Assembly: GCA_017631955.1 (NCBI GenBank)
Contig: JAGBSJ010000005.1
Coordinates: forward strand, 18,688 to 82,687
DNA: 64,000 bases
Source of the DNA: Clostridia bacterium
GTDB lineage: Bacteria; Bacillota; Clostridia; Oscillospirales; Acutalibacteraceae
Direction: 5' to 3'
In this document: positions 1-8,234 of the stretch, in pieces
How the letters are laid out: the number at the start of each line of letters is the position of its first letter
How positions within the stretch are numbered: the first letter of the stretch is position 1
Made by a program: the position numbers and the translations under genes
Notes under the pieces: model-generated
Seen by the model: the letters and a program-made list of their open reading frames with translations, nothing else
Database searches by the model: none
What the model was told of the DNA's origin: nothing

Positions 1-1111
1 AAAGAAGATGTGTACCGATAATTCTAAGCGCTGGCACACCGATCTGGAGCATACTTTCTGACGCGTTAAAGAAACCAAGAAGAATATGCGGTATAAACTC
101 AAACGCCAACAATCCCACAAACATAATTGAGATGGCTGTGATAATTGTAATTGTAATTGTCTTTTTAACACGGTCATATCGTTTTGCACCATAGTTATAT
201 GCAATAATCGGCACCATACCATTATTGAGTCCGAAAATTGGCATAAAAATGAAACTCTGCAACTTAAAGTATGCACCAAAAACTGCTGTTGCGGTTGTTG
301 TAAATGCAATAAGAATTTTGTTAAGACAGAATGTCATAACTGAACCGATTGACTGCATTATAATTGACGGAAGACCGATTCTATAAATTTCTTTTACTAT
401 TGCTTTTTCAAATCGGATTAAACTCAAACTTATATGAACATCTTTATTAAACTTGAGATTGAAAAGAATTGCTGCAAGTCCTGCAACAATTTGACCTGAA
501 ATGGTCGCAACCGCCGCGCCCGCAACTTCAAGACGAGGAAATCCGAAAAGTCCAAAAATAAGAATAGGGTCAAGAATAATATTAACAATTGTACCCATAA
601 GATGAGTAATCATTGTGCAGAATGTTCTTCCTGTTGCCTGAAGCATTTTTTCAAAACAGAACTGAGAAAAAATACCTATTGCACCACACATACAGATTGT
701 TGCATAGTCTGTGCCGTACTTTACGATTTCTTCCACATCGGTCTGTGCTAAAAAGAATGGCTTTGAAAAGAAAAAGCCAACCAGAGCAAAAACTACATAA
801 CTACAAGCAAACAAGAAAATTCCTGTGTTTGCAATTTTATTTGCCTTATCAAATTCTTTTGCGCCGAGAGCCCTTGAAAGCAACGCATTCATACCTACTG
901 CTGTACCGCCACATACTGCAATCATAAGTTGTTGCAATGGGAAGGCAAGTGAAACCGCATTCAATGCATTTTCACTTAACTGGGCAACAAATATACTGTC
1001 AACAATGTTATAGCACGCCTGAATAATCATTGAAAGCATCATTGGTGCAGACATTGAAAACAACAGCTTTCCTATGGGCATTACTCCCATTTTGTTTTCT
1101 TTCACACTCAT
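1..1111 (-). CDS. MATE family efflux transporter, N-terminal ~370 codons (gene runs off the left window edge)
   Basis: Absent from the ORF track because it is open at the edge. Manual translation from ATG (complement of 1109-1111) gives MSVKENKMGVMPIGKLLFSMSAPMMLSMIIQACYNIVDSIFVAQLSENALNAVSLAFPLQ. A spot check at 540-600 gives GTIVNIILDPILIFGLFGFPRLEVAGAAVATI. Both are typical MATE/NorM sequences. Confidence 0.8.
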   Translation of the reverse strand, partial: MSVKENKMGVMPIGKLLFSMSAPMMLSMIIQACYNIVDSIFVAQLSENALNAVSLAFPLQQLMIAVCGGTAVGMNALLSRALGAKEFDKANKIANTGIFLFACSYVVFALVGFFFSKPFFLAQTDVEEIVKYGTDYATICMCGAIGIFSQFCFEKMLQATGRTFCTMITHLMGTIVNIILDPILIFGLFGFPRLEVAGAAVATISGQIVAGLAAILFNLKFNKDVHISLSLIRFEKAIVKEIYRIGLPSIIMQSIGSVMTFCLNKILIAFTTTATAVFGAYFKLQSFIFMPIFGLNNGMVPIIAYNYGAKRYDRVKKTITITIITAISIMFVGLLAFEFIPHILLGFFNASESMLQIGVPALRIIGTHLL

Positions 1112-1126
1112 TGTTTACATCCTTAC

Positions 1127-1157
1127 AAAAACAAACCGTACACTAAGTACGGTTTGT
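1127..1157 (-). terminator. Rho-independent terminator after the BY-kinase gene
   Basis: 11-bp perfect stem ACAAACCGTAC/GTACGGTTTGT (1131-1141 with 1147-1157), 5-nt loop, followed on the minus strand by TTTTG. Confidence 0.75.
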
Positions 1158-1171
1158 AGTTTATTGTTTAA

Positions 1172-2692
1172 TTATTTTTTGCTCTTTTTATCACTGCTTG
1201 AGCCGTAACCATAACCATAGCCGTAACCATAACCATAGCCGTAGCCATAACCGTAACCGTAACCCTTTTTGCTCTTTCTTGATGTTTTAAGGAATTTATT
1301 TGCCACACCAACTTCTGTGCCATTATAGATACAACCAACAACTTCTTTACCTGTTGCACTCATATCTTCAATTGCTTTCTTAATACGGCGGATTGGAGAG
1401 TGGTCATTACGAACAACTACCATACAAGCATCTGCATACTGAGTTACGATTGCCGCGTCAGCAACAAGACCTGCAGGAGGAGTATCAATAATAACATAGT
1501 CAAATTCATTCTTAACTGCTTCAATAACTTCTGCAGTTTCGTCAGATGCAAGAAGTTCAGCAGAGTCAGTAACTGGCTGGCTTGAAATAAGAAGGAATAA
1601 ATTGAATTTTTCAAAATACTTGATTGACTCACTAAGTGATTTTTCACCACGAACTACGCCTGCAAGACCAGATTCGTTAGCAGCAGAAACACCTAATGTT
1701 TTGTATACTGATGGTTTACGAAGGTCTGCATCAACAAGTAATACTGACTTTCCGTTCTGTGCAAGAGCCAATGCAGTGTTTGTTGAAATTGTTGTTTTAC
1801 CTTCATTTTCAGAAGCACTAGTAATTGTAAACACTTTATAATTCTGACGTTTTGCAACATTTTCAATCTTAGTACGAATAAGTTTGAATGCTTCAATGAA
1901 CATAAAGCCATTCTTTCTGTCAGTAATAAGAATATTCTGCTTTTCTGCATCTTTACCTGACTTCTTAATACTGATGATTGAGCCGAGCATTTTGCTACCA
2001 AGTTTCTTTGTAATATCATCAGATGCTTTAACTGTATCTTTAATAAAGATGATAAGACAGATTGCAAGAACAACCATACCTGCACCTGCAACAAATCCCA
2101 ACAATGTGTAAAGAAGAGTTGTGTTGTTAGCATTTGCTTTTTCAGGTTTTACAGGAGGGTCAATAAGAATAGCACGAGTGCTTTGATATGCCTTTTCTGT
2201 AATCTGGCTATAATTGTTAACATAACTTGTTGCAACTGCATAAGAAACATTAGGGTCAGAAGATGTAATAGAAAGTGCAATAATAGCAGTTTCTTCCATA
2301 AGAGTTGAACTTACCATACGCTTAACATCGCTACCAGAAAGGTCTTTACCATTTACTTTGTAACCACTGTTCTGTGCAACAATATCCATAAGACTGTTTG
2401 TTTCAGTCATAATATACTGATAGTTTTTAGCAAGGTTAACACCTGCACTGATATCGGATGCAGATTGCCCTGAAGTGATTGTATTTTCACCTTTATTATC
2501 AATAACAAAACGCATTGTACATGTGTATGATGGCACATAGTTGAGTTTTGCAACACCAAAACCAATACCTGCACAAACAACAGCAGCAATGAAAATTACC
2601 CACCATTTTTGAATAACGCGTACTGCATATTGAGTTATGGTCTGAAAATCAATACCTTCTTCAACTTGGTTCATTTTAGAATTATATTCCAT
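1172..2692 (-). CDS. Fused polysaccharide co-polymerase (Wzz-like, 2 TM) and BY-family protein-tyrosine kinase with C-terminal (GY)10 cluster
   Basis: N-terminal TM WWVIFIAAVVCAGIGFGVA and second TM LLYTLLGFVAGAGMVVLAICLIIFI. Walker A SASENEGKTT, Walker A' LLVDADLRKP, Walker B VIIDTPP. C-terminus KKGYGYGYGYGYGYGYGYGYGYGSSS. Start moved from 2740 to the ATG at 2692 (MEYNSKMNQVEEG), which has AGGAG upstream and lies downstream of the promoter at 2744-2772. Confidence 0.85.
   Translation of the reverse strand: MEYNSKMNQVEEGIDFQTITQYAVRVIQKWWVIFIAAVVCAGIGFGVAKLNYVPSYTCTMRFVIDNKGENTITSGQSASDISAGVNLAKNYQYIMTETNSLMDIVAQNSGYKVNGKDLSGSDVKRMVSSTLMEETAIIALSITSSDPNVSYAVATSYVNNYSQITEKAYQSTRAILIDPPVKPEKANANNTTLLYTLLGFVAGAGMVVLAICLIIFIKDTVKASDDITKKLGSKMLGSIISIKKSGKDAEKQNILITDRKNGFMFIEAFKLIRTKIENVAKRQNYKVFTITSASENEGKTTISTNTALALAQNGKSVLLVDADLRKPSVYKTLGVSAANESGLAGVVRGEKSLSESIKYFEKFNLFLLISSQPVTDSAELLASDETAEVIEAVKNEFDYVIIDTPPAGLVADAAIVTQYADACMVVVRNDHSPIRRIKKAIEDMSATGKEVVGCIYNGTEVGVANKFLKTSRKSKKGYGYGYGYGYGYGYGYGYGYGSSSDKKSKK
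1202..1264 (-). repeat. In-frame GGY-TAY dicodon repeat encoding (Gly-Tyr)x10-Gly
   Basis: Plus-strand codons gcc gta acc ata acc ata gcc gta acc ata acc ata gcc gta gcc ata acc gta acc gta acc. This is 11 Gly and 10 Tyr codons in strict alternation. Confidence 0.95.
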
Positions 2693-2743
2693 ATTTAATA
2701 CTCCTATCACATAGTTTCCCAGAATATTTATTTTATTCAACTC

Positions 2744-2772
2744 ATTATATCAAAGCAATTTGCTTTATGCAA
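2744..2772 (-). promoter_or_regulatory. Near-consensus sigma-A-type promoter for the BY-kinase gene
   Basis: Minus strand reads TTGCAT (2767-2772), a 17-nt spacer, then TATAAT (2744-2749). The spacer contains the palindrome AAAGCAAaTTGCTTT. Confidence 0.55.
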
Positions 2773-2790
2773 TCTTTTTTTAGAAATAAT

Positions 2791-4434
2791 TCAACTTTCT
2801 TCTATTTTACCGTCCGAAACTATAATTTCGCGGTCACAATATTCAAGAACAGATTCGCGATGAGTAATGAACAACACAGTAATATCTTTTCGTTTTCTGA
2901 TATTCTGTAGCAATCTCTTTTCACTTTCACTATCAAGAGCGCTTGTTGACTCATCCATAAGAAGAATTTTTCCTTCACCTAAAAGAGCACGTGCAACCGC
3001 AAGTCGTTGTGCCTGACCTTCTGAAATTCCGCCACCATCTTCGCTCAGCACAAAATCAAGTCCATTTTCAAGGTCATAGACAAACTCGGCACACGAATCG
3101 GTAACCGCTTGTTTTATTTCTTCTTCACTTGCTTGTGGTCGAAGCAAGGTAATGTTTTCTCTTACTGTTCCGCTGAAAAGCATATTACCCTGAGGGACTA
3201 CTGAGAAAAGATGTCTTGTTTTCTGGCAAGAACACTCGCCTTTTTCTGTTTCAATACAAATGCAACCATCATTTGCCGGGTAAAGTCCTGTAATCAATTT
3301 AAATACTGTTGATTTTCCCGCACCTGACGGACCTTTTATTCCTACAAACTCACCTTTTTCAATAGTAAAGGTTGCATTCGAAATAACTTTTTCGCCACCA
3401 TAACCAAAAGACACATTTTCTGCCTTGATTTTTTTGAAATCGTTATATTCAATTGCCATATCGCTTTCTGTTTCATCATTGCCCACTTCTGAAATTTCAA
3501 TAAGGCGCTGTGCAGATGCAATCATGGCATAGAAAGCGGGCAACACGCTTGTAACACCTACAATAGGTGATTGCAGTTGATTCACAAGCTGAACAATTGC
3601 TACAACTGTACCAAAAGTCATTGTGCCGTTGAGAATTCCGTATGAGCCATACCAAACCGCCGCAAGAAATCCTATTGCAAAAGCCAGCGAAAAACTGATA
3701 GTTGCTAAAATCGAAAAACTTTTTTTCTTTACTTTTTCACGATAGAACTTTTTCTGTTGTTTATATGAGCGGTTTATGATTTTTTCTTCTATACCAAAAA
3801 CTTTTACTGCAAAAAGATTTTCAAGCATTTCCTGCATAAATGAACGGACACGTGCATCTCTTTTCTGTACGCGCAAGTGCAAATTTTTAAGTATTTTTCT
3901 GAATGTTGCCGCCGCTATAATTACAACTATACCACAAACAATAAATACTATTGCAAAGCGTTTATCAAGAGCCAACAGAGCAATCGCGGCGCTTGCAATT
4001 CTGGCGATATATGCTACCATTGACGGAAAAATTCTTACATAGTTATCACTTACAAGCGTTACATCTGATGTAAGACGAGTCATAAGGTCACCGCTATGAC
4101 GCTCACTTACATTTGCATATTGACCATAAATAACACTTTTGAAAACGTTAGTTTTAAGAGCAATTTCCGCTCTACCCTGACTTATTGCCTCAACAAAAGA
4201 AGCGCAAACTCTCGCTATAATCTGAAAAATTATAAAAAACATAAGAATTAAAGCGTTCTTTAAAAGCTCGTCTGAGTTTTTGCTTTGAGCATTATCTATT
4301 ACAGTTTTAGAAAGCACCGCAAACATAGTTGCACAAACGGCAGAAAAGGCGTTAAGCACAACAAGTGCCACACCTTCTGCTCTGCGTTTTTCGCAGTGAT
4401 TATAAATCCATTTCAAAACTGCTGTATCTTTCAT
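2791..4434 (-). CDS. ABC exporter, fused 6-TM permease plus ATPase (ABCB-type half transporter, no C39 peptidase domain)
   Basis: 547 aa. Walker A GPSGAGKST, ABC signature LSEGQAQRLAVARAL, Walker B ILLMDESTSALD, hydrophobic N-terminal half. Confidence 0.9.
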   Translation of the reverse strand: MKDTAVLKWIYNHCEKRRAEGVALVVLNAFSAVCATMFAVLSKTVIDNAQSKNSDELLKNALILMFFIIFQIIARVCASFVEAISQGRAEIALKTNVFKSVIYGQYANVSERHSGDLMTRLTSDVTLVSDNYVRIFPSMVAYIARIASAAIALLALDKRFAIVFIVCGIVVIIAAATFRKILKNLHLRVQKRDARVRSFMQEMLENLFAVKVFGIEEKIINRSYKQQKKFYREKVKKKSFSILATISFSLAFAIGFLAAVWYGSYGILNGTMTFGTVVAIVQLVNQLQSPIVGVTSVLPAFYAMIASAQRLIEISEVGNDETESDMAIEYNDFKKIKAENVSFGYGGEKVISNATFTIEKGEFVGIKGPSGAGKSTVFKLITGLYPANDGCICIETEKGECSCQKTRHLFSVVPQGNMLFSGTVRENITLLRPQASEEEIKQAVTDSCAEFVYDLENGLDFVLSEDGGGISEGQAQRLAVARALLGEGKILLMDESTSALDSESEKRLLQNIRKRKDITVLFITHRESVLEYCDREIIVSDGKIEES

Positions 4435-4443
4435 TTTGTCGCC

Positions 4444-4710
4444 TTATTCGTCGAGCAAATTATGCTCTTTCATTTTCTTTATAAGATTTTCCACATCTGT
4501 TTTAACTCTTTCAACAGACACACCGTAGTCGTTTGCAATTTTTACTACTATTTCATCAACAGAGTTTGTGCCATCAAGCATATTGAAAACATCTGCACCA
4601 ACACTGTTAAAAGTCATAATTCCGTTAAAATTCAATTTTTGTTTACCTGTTGCAATAACAATATTTGAACCGGCAACTTCTTTCAAGATATATCCGTCTT
4701 TTATTTTCAT
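4444..4710 (-). CDS. PqqD-family protein (RiPP recognition element-like, 88 aa)
   Basis: MKIKDGYILKEVAGSNIVIATGKQKLNFNGIMTFNSVGADVFNMLDG..VDEIV..IANDYGVSVERVKTDVENLIKKMKEHNLL matches the usual stand-alone PqqD/RRE pattern (beta strands, then a winged-helix-like tail). Its ATG overlaps the upstream stop (ATGA at 4707-4710). Confidence 0.75.
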   Translation of the reverse strand: MKIKDGYILKEVAGSNIVIATGKQKLNFNGIMTFNSVGADVFNMLDGTNSVDEIVVKIANDYGVSVERVKTDVENLIKKMKEHNLLDE

Positions 4711-5420
4711 TCGTTAATCAACCTTTCAATTTCGTTGTATGCAACTATTGCCGCATCATCATCCATATTACACCCTAATGAAAACACAGGCACATCACGC
4801 AACAATTTGTCAACCATATCGAGCATTGTTTCAGCAAGTTCTTTGTTTGCCGGATGCAATGTCTGTTCAATCATCAGTCCTATTGCTTGTGGCATTGGAA
4901 TTCTTTTTACAGAATTAGTTTCGCTTCTGTGCAAGAATACAATTGCTCTTACAGGAATTCTAACATCTATATTTTCATCAGTTTTTCCTGAAAACGGAGT
5001 TCCACAAGCATACCACTTGCCTTCATCTAAAATGAGCGCGGGCTTATCGTCATTGATAATTCTTGCACCCTCAAAATTTTTAAGCCACAAATGAGTGTGG
5101 GTCGACTTGCCTGTTCCGCTTCGTGCAGAAAAAAGATATGCAAATCCATCTTTTTCAACGCAAGAGGAATGAAGCATCATACCATTATACCTTAAAAGTT
5201 CTCTGTAAAACGCTTCGCAAGTCCACATATATTCGTGTTCATCTGCATTAAGATATGGAATTTTTTCCATTCTTCTATTTATATACTCATCACTTACAAT
5301 TGCTCTTATCTGAGTTTCATCGTCACTAAAATCCGCTTTGTACGGCTCTGAGCGTTCACGAAGAAGTTCGCCACGAACTTGGTATTCAGTTTTTAATCCG
5401 GCAATTATGTATTTTTCCAT
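4707..5420 (-). CDS. HPr-kinase-like P-loop protein (HprK C-terminal-domain fold, putative peptide/protein kinase)
   Basis: LHSSCVEKDGFAYLFSARSGTGKSTHTHLWLKNFEGARIINDDKPAL parallels the HprK/P core (hG..v...G..vLi.G.SG.GKS ... lvaDD). The ORF track starts at TTG 5426; the ATG at 5420 is preferred. Recognised by motif only. Confidence 0.6.
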   Translation of the reverse strand: MEKYIIAGLKTEYQVRGELLRERSEPYKADFSDDETQIRAIVSDEYINRRMEKIPYLNADEHEYMWTCEAFYRELLRYNGMMLHSSCVEKDGFAYLFSARSGTGKSTHTHLWLKNFEGARIINDDKPALILDEGKWYACGTPFSGKTDENIDVRIPVRAIVFLHRSETNSVKRIPMPQAIGLMIEQTLHPANKELAETMLDMVDKLLRDVPVFSLGCNMDDDAAIVAYNEIERLINE

Positions 5421-5438
5421 TTTCAAAATCCAATCAAA

Positions 5439-7151
5439 TTATCGTTTTAAATAGTTCATAGGGTTAACATTTCTACCATTAACCTTAACTTCAAAGTGAA
5501 GATGTGCACCTGTAACAAAACCTGTTGCACCAATTTGTCCAATTGCTTGTCCTCTAACAACTTTTTGACCTGAATAAACTCTTAATGAGCCGTTTCTCAT
5601 ATGGTTATACATTGTAGAAAGACCGCCTGAGTGCTTGATAATAACTGTATTACCACCTGAGCCATACCAACCTGCAAAGGTTACTGTTCCTGACTCTGCA
5701 GCAACAACAGTACAACCCGTACTGCCACCTGGACGGACAATATCGATACCCGCGTGCCAACCGTCACCGAAATTACGGCGACCGTATCCAGATGAAACAG
5801 AGTAAGCGCCCACCGTAGGCCATAAAAGACGACCGCCACCAGACACAATAGCACCTGATGAATAATTGTTTTTCTTTGTACCTACCTGAACTTTTTGGTC
5901 TCTTGGCTCACTTATTGTTGTTCGTGAAACCTCTTTTGTTGATACTCTTACACCGTCAATATATGTTACAAGTTCCGTTACTTCCTGCACGCCATTAGCG
6001 CCTTTAGTAACAGTCTTTTTGTCGCCTATGTAGAGTTTATCTGTCTTGATTTCTACTGTTTTATAAGGAATTTCCACTCTTCTTGTTTCAGTTTTTGTAG
6101 TCTGAACACGAAGGAAATTAACCTCATTTGACAAAAGTATCTGTTGGCCGATATAAATATTCTCTTTAAGGGATGGGTTAAGATTGAAAATCTGTGAAGA
6201 TTTCATACCGAATTTCTGTGCAATCTGAGAAACAGTATCTCCTGCCTGAACGGTATAATAGCGTGCTTCACTCTTTTTAGAATTGAGTTTTTCACTAAGA
6301 AAAGCCGCATCTTTTACTGTGCTTTCATTGTCTGGGTACAGACCCTGAACATACTCAATATTTTCAACAAAACTTACCACTGCATTTTCTTCGTCAGTTT
6401 CGTGCTCAGCAAGAATACTGTCAAAAACACTTAATGCGTCAGTTTCATTTTTAACCGCACATACGAACTGATTATCAATATAAATTCCGCAAGCGTTTGT
6501 AATTTTACTGTCAGAATTTTCAATAAGCTTATCACAAATTTCAGAAGCATCGTTAATCTGGCTCAACTTCACTGCTTTGATTTTATATTGTGCTTCGCCT
6601 ATAAGTTCGGTTTCTTTTCCGTCGTCTGTAACAACTGACGATGCAGCAGAAATGTCAAGACGGTCGAAAGCTAACTCTCTGGCTTCTTTATATACCTCTT
6701 CATTCTGCACATAACCGATTGTTTTATCGTTATAATTCACTTCAAGAGCAAAGGTTGTATCCGCCCACAAAGTTGCCACGTTAAGAAGAATGACAAAAGC
6801 CACTATCGGTAATGCAAAATTAAGCACATAAACGAACGCTTTTCTGTAACGTAAATTTGCTTTTTTAACATAAGCAGAAAATTTCTTAAACCAGTTACCC
6901 TCAACTTTTGCCTGAGTAAGTTTATCAGAAACTTTTCGGGTATCTTCAACCAAATCTTTTATTTCATTTACGATTTCATGGAATGTTTTAAGGGCAAACT
7001 TGTCAATAAGAATAAACAATGTGAAAACAAGCGTAGCAATAGTTTTCAATGGTTTAAGCATTAAAGCCCACAGACCCTTGAAAAATCTTTTGCCATATCG
7101 CATTGTCTGAATTCCGATATAATATATTTGATTGTAAATGTTTTCAAACAT
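5439..7151 (-). CDS. Membrane-anchored peptidoglycan hydrolase with LysM, G5 and M23 metallopeptidase domains
   Basis: LysM YYTVQAGDTVSQIAQKFGMKSSQIFNLNP. G5-like VEIPYKTVEIKTDKLYIGDKKTVTKGANGVQEV..VQVGTK. M23 motifs HAGIDI and GATGFVTGAHLHFEV. N-terminal TM segments. RBS GAGGA. Confidence 0.9.
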   Translation of the reverse strand: MFENIYNQIYYIGIQTMRYGKRFFKGLWALMLKPLKTIATLVFTLFILIDKFALKTFHEIVNEIKDLVEDTRKVSDKLTQAKVEGNWFKKFSAYVKKANLRYRKAFVYVLNFALPIVAFVILLNVATLWADTTFALEVNYNDKTIGYVQNEEVYKEARELAFDRLDISAASSVVTDDGKETELIGEAQYKIKAVKLSQINDASEICDKLIENSDSKITNACGIYIDNQFVCAVKNETDALSVFDSILAEHETDEENAVVSFVENIEYVQGLYPDNESTVKDAAFLSEKLNSKKSEARYYTVQAGDTVSQIAQKFGMKSSQIFNLNPSLKENIYIGQQILLSNEVNFLRVQTTKTETRRVEIPYKTVEIKTDKLYIGDKKTVTKGANGVQEVTELVTYIDGVRVSTKEVSRTTISEPRDQKVQVGTKKNNYSSGAIVSGGGRLLWPTVGAYSVSSGYGRRNFGDGWHAGIDIVRPGGSTGCTVVAAESGTVTFAGWYGSGGNTVIIKHSGGLSTMYNHMRNGSLRVYSGQKVVRGQAIGQIGATGFVTGAHLHFEVKVNGRNVNPMNYLKR

Positions 7152-7207
7152 AACAATTCCTCAATTTCGCATCTGTAAACAGACATAAAAATCCAATATA
7201 CAGACGA

Positions 7208-7236
7208 ATTATACCACAAAAGAATGAAAAAGGCAA
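7208..7236 (-). promoter_or_regulatory. Sigma-A-type promoter of the M23/HprK-like/PqqD/ABC operon
   Basis: Minus strand TTGCCT (7231-7236), 17 nt, TATAAT (7208-7213), about 55 nt upstream of the M23 start. Confidence 0.5.
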
Positions 7237-7295
7237 GTTGCAGTTATTACCTTTAATATATACTATAATAAATATATATTTTTTCTAAATATTCA

Positions 7296-7324
7296 TTTAC
7301 TTTTTTATTAGGTTGTTGTATAAT
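7296..7324 (+). promoter_or_regulatory. Sigma-A-type promoter for the GDPD gene
   Basis: TTTACT (7296-7301), 17 nt, TATAAT (7319-7324). Confidence 0.45.
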
Positions 7325-7369
7325 GGCTATAATTGTATAAATATGCACAATTTTTAAGGGGCGAATGAA

Positions 7370-8221
7370 ATGAAAAAAGGAACAAAAAGATTTTTAGGTT
7401 TTGCAATTCCAACTGCAGCTCTTGCACTTGTTGCAAGAAAAAAGTATGTTGACATCCGTTATGGTGCAAAAAATGCAAAGGACACTCTCAAATTCAGCGA
7501 ATCTGTTGAAACTGAAGCACCAGAAGTACATCTTACTGCTCACAGAGGGCTTTCTTCTGTTTGTCCTGAAAATACTATTGAAGCATTCAAAGAAGCTGCA
7601 AAATACAACTATTATGCTCTTGAATGTGACGTTCATTACACAACTGATGGCAAATGGGTAATCATTCATGACTATATGCTTCAGTCAATGTGTGAAGAAA
7701 AAGGCGACGTTAAGACAATGTCTTATGACGAAAAACTTTCTAAAATCAGATTTACAAACGGCGCTAACATCAAAGATTATCCTGATGCACGCCCTTGCCT
7801 TGTTGAAGAATTTATTGAAATTTGTAAAGAGGCAAATATCAAGCCAATGATTGAAGTTAAAGACAAGAGAATTGACAAAGTTGAATCTCTTTACAAAATC
7901 ATTTGCGATTACGGCATTGAAGATGATGTAATTCTTATTTCTTTCCACGCTCCTGTGCTTCGTGAATTCAGAAAACTTTCTCCTAACATGGAGTTATGGC
8001 TTCTTGTTCACACTATTACTGACGAGAAAATTCTTGAATGTATTGAAAACGGTAACGGTGTTGCTTTTGAGGCAAAGAGAAGTAGCGCTGAAACAATCCA
8101 GAAAATTCACGATGCTAATCTTACAGCTGCTTGCTGGACAGTTGACACAAAAGAAATGCTTAACGAAATGATTAAGAACGGTGTTAAGTACATAACAACA
8201 AACGCAATTCTTCCTGAATAA
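7370..8221 (+). CDS. Glycerophosphodiester phosphodiesterase family protein with N-terminal membrane anchor
   Basis: AHRGLSSVCPENTIEAFKEA...LECDVHYTTDGKWVIIHD is the GDPD catalytic signature. Confidence 0.85.
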   Translation: MKKGTKRFLGFAIPTAALALVARKKYVDIRYGAKNAKDTLKFSESVETEAPEVHLTAHRGLSSVCPENTIEAFKEAAKYNYYALECDVHYTTDGKWVIIHDYMLQSMCEEKGDVKTMSYDEKLSKIRFTNGANIKDYPDARPCLVEEFIEICKEANIKPMIEVKDKRIDKVESLYKIICDYGIEDDVILISFHAPVLREFRKLSPNMELWLLVHTITDEKILECIENGNGVAFEAKRSSAETIQKIHDANLTAACWTVDTKEMLNEMIKNGVKYITTNAILPE

Positions 8222-8234
8222 GAGGTTTATATAA

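Noticed and set aside
613-1013. Plus-strand ORFs 613-927 and 825-1013 from the track.
   Set aside because: They lie antisense inside the clearly coding MATE gene (minus strand) and translate to low-complexity sequence without an RBS.
2791-7151. Calling the PqqD/HprK-like/ABC genes a complete lasso-peptide biosynthetic cluster.
   Set aside because: No Asn-synthetase-like cyclase, no transglutaminase-like leader peptidase and no adjacent precursor ORF exist here or anywhere in the 64 kb. It is reported only as an orphan or novel cassette.
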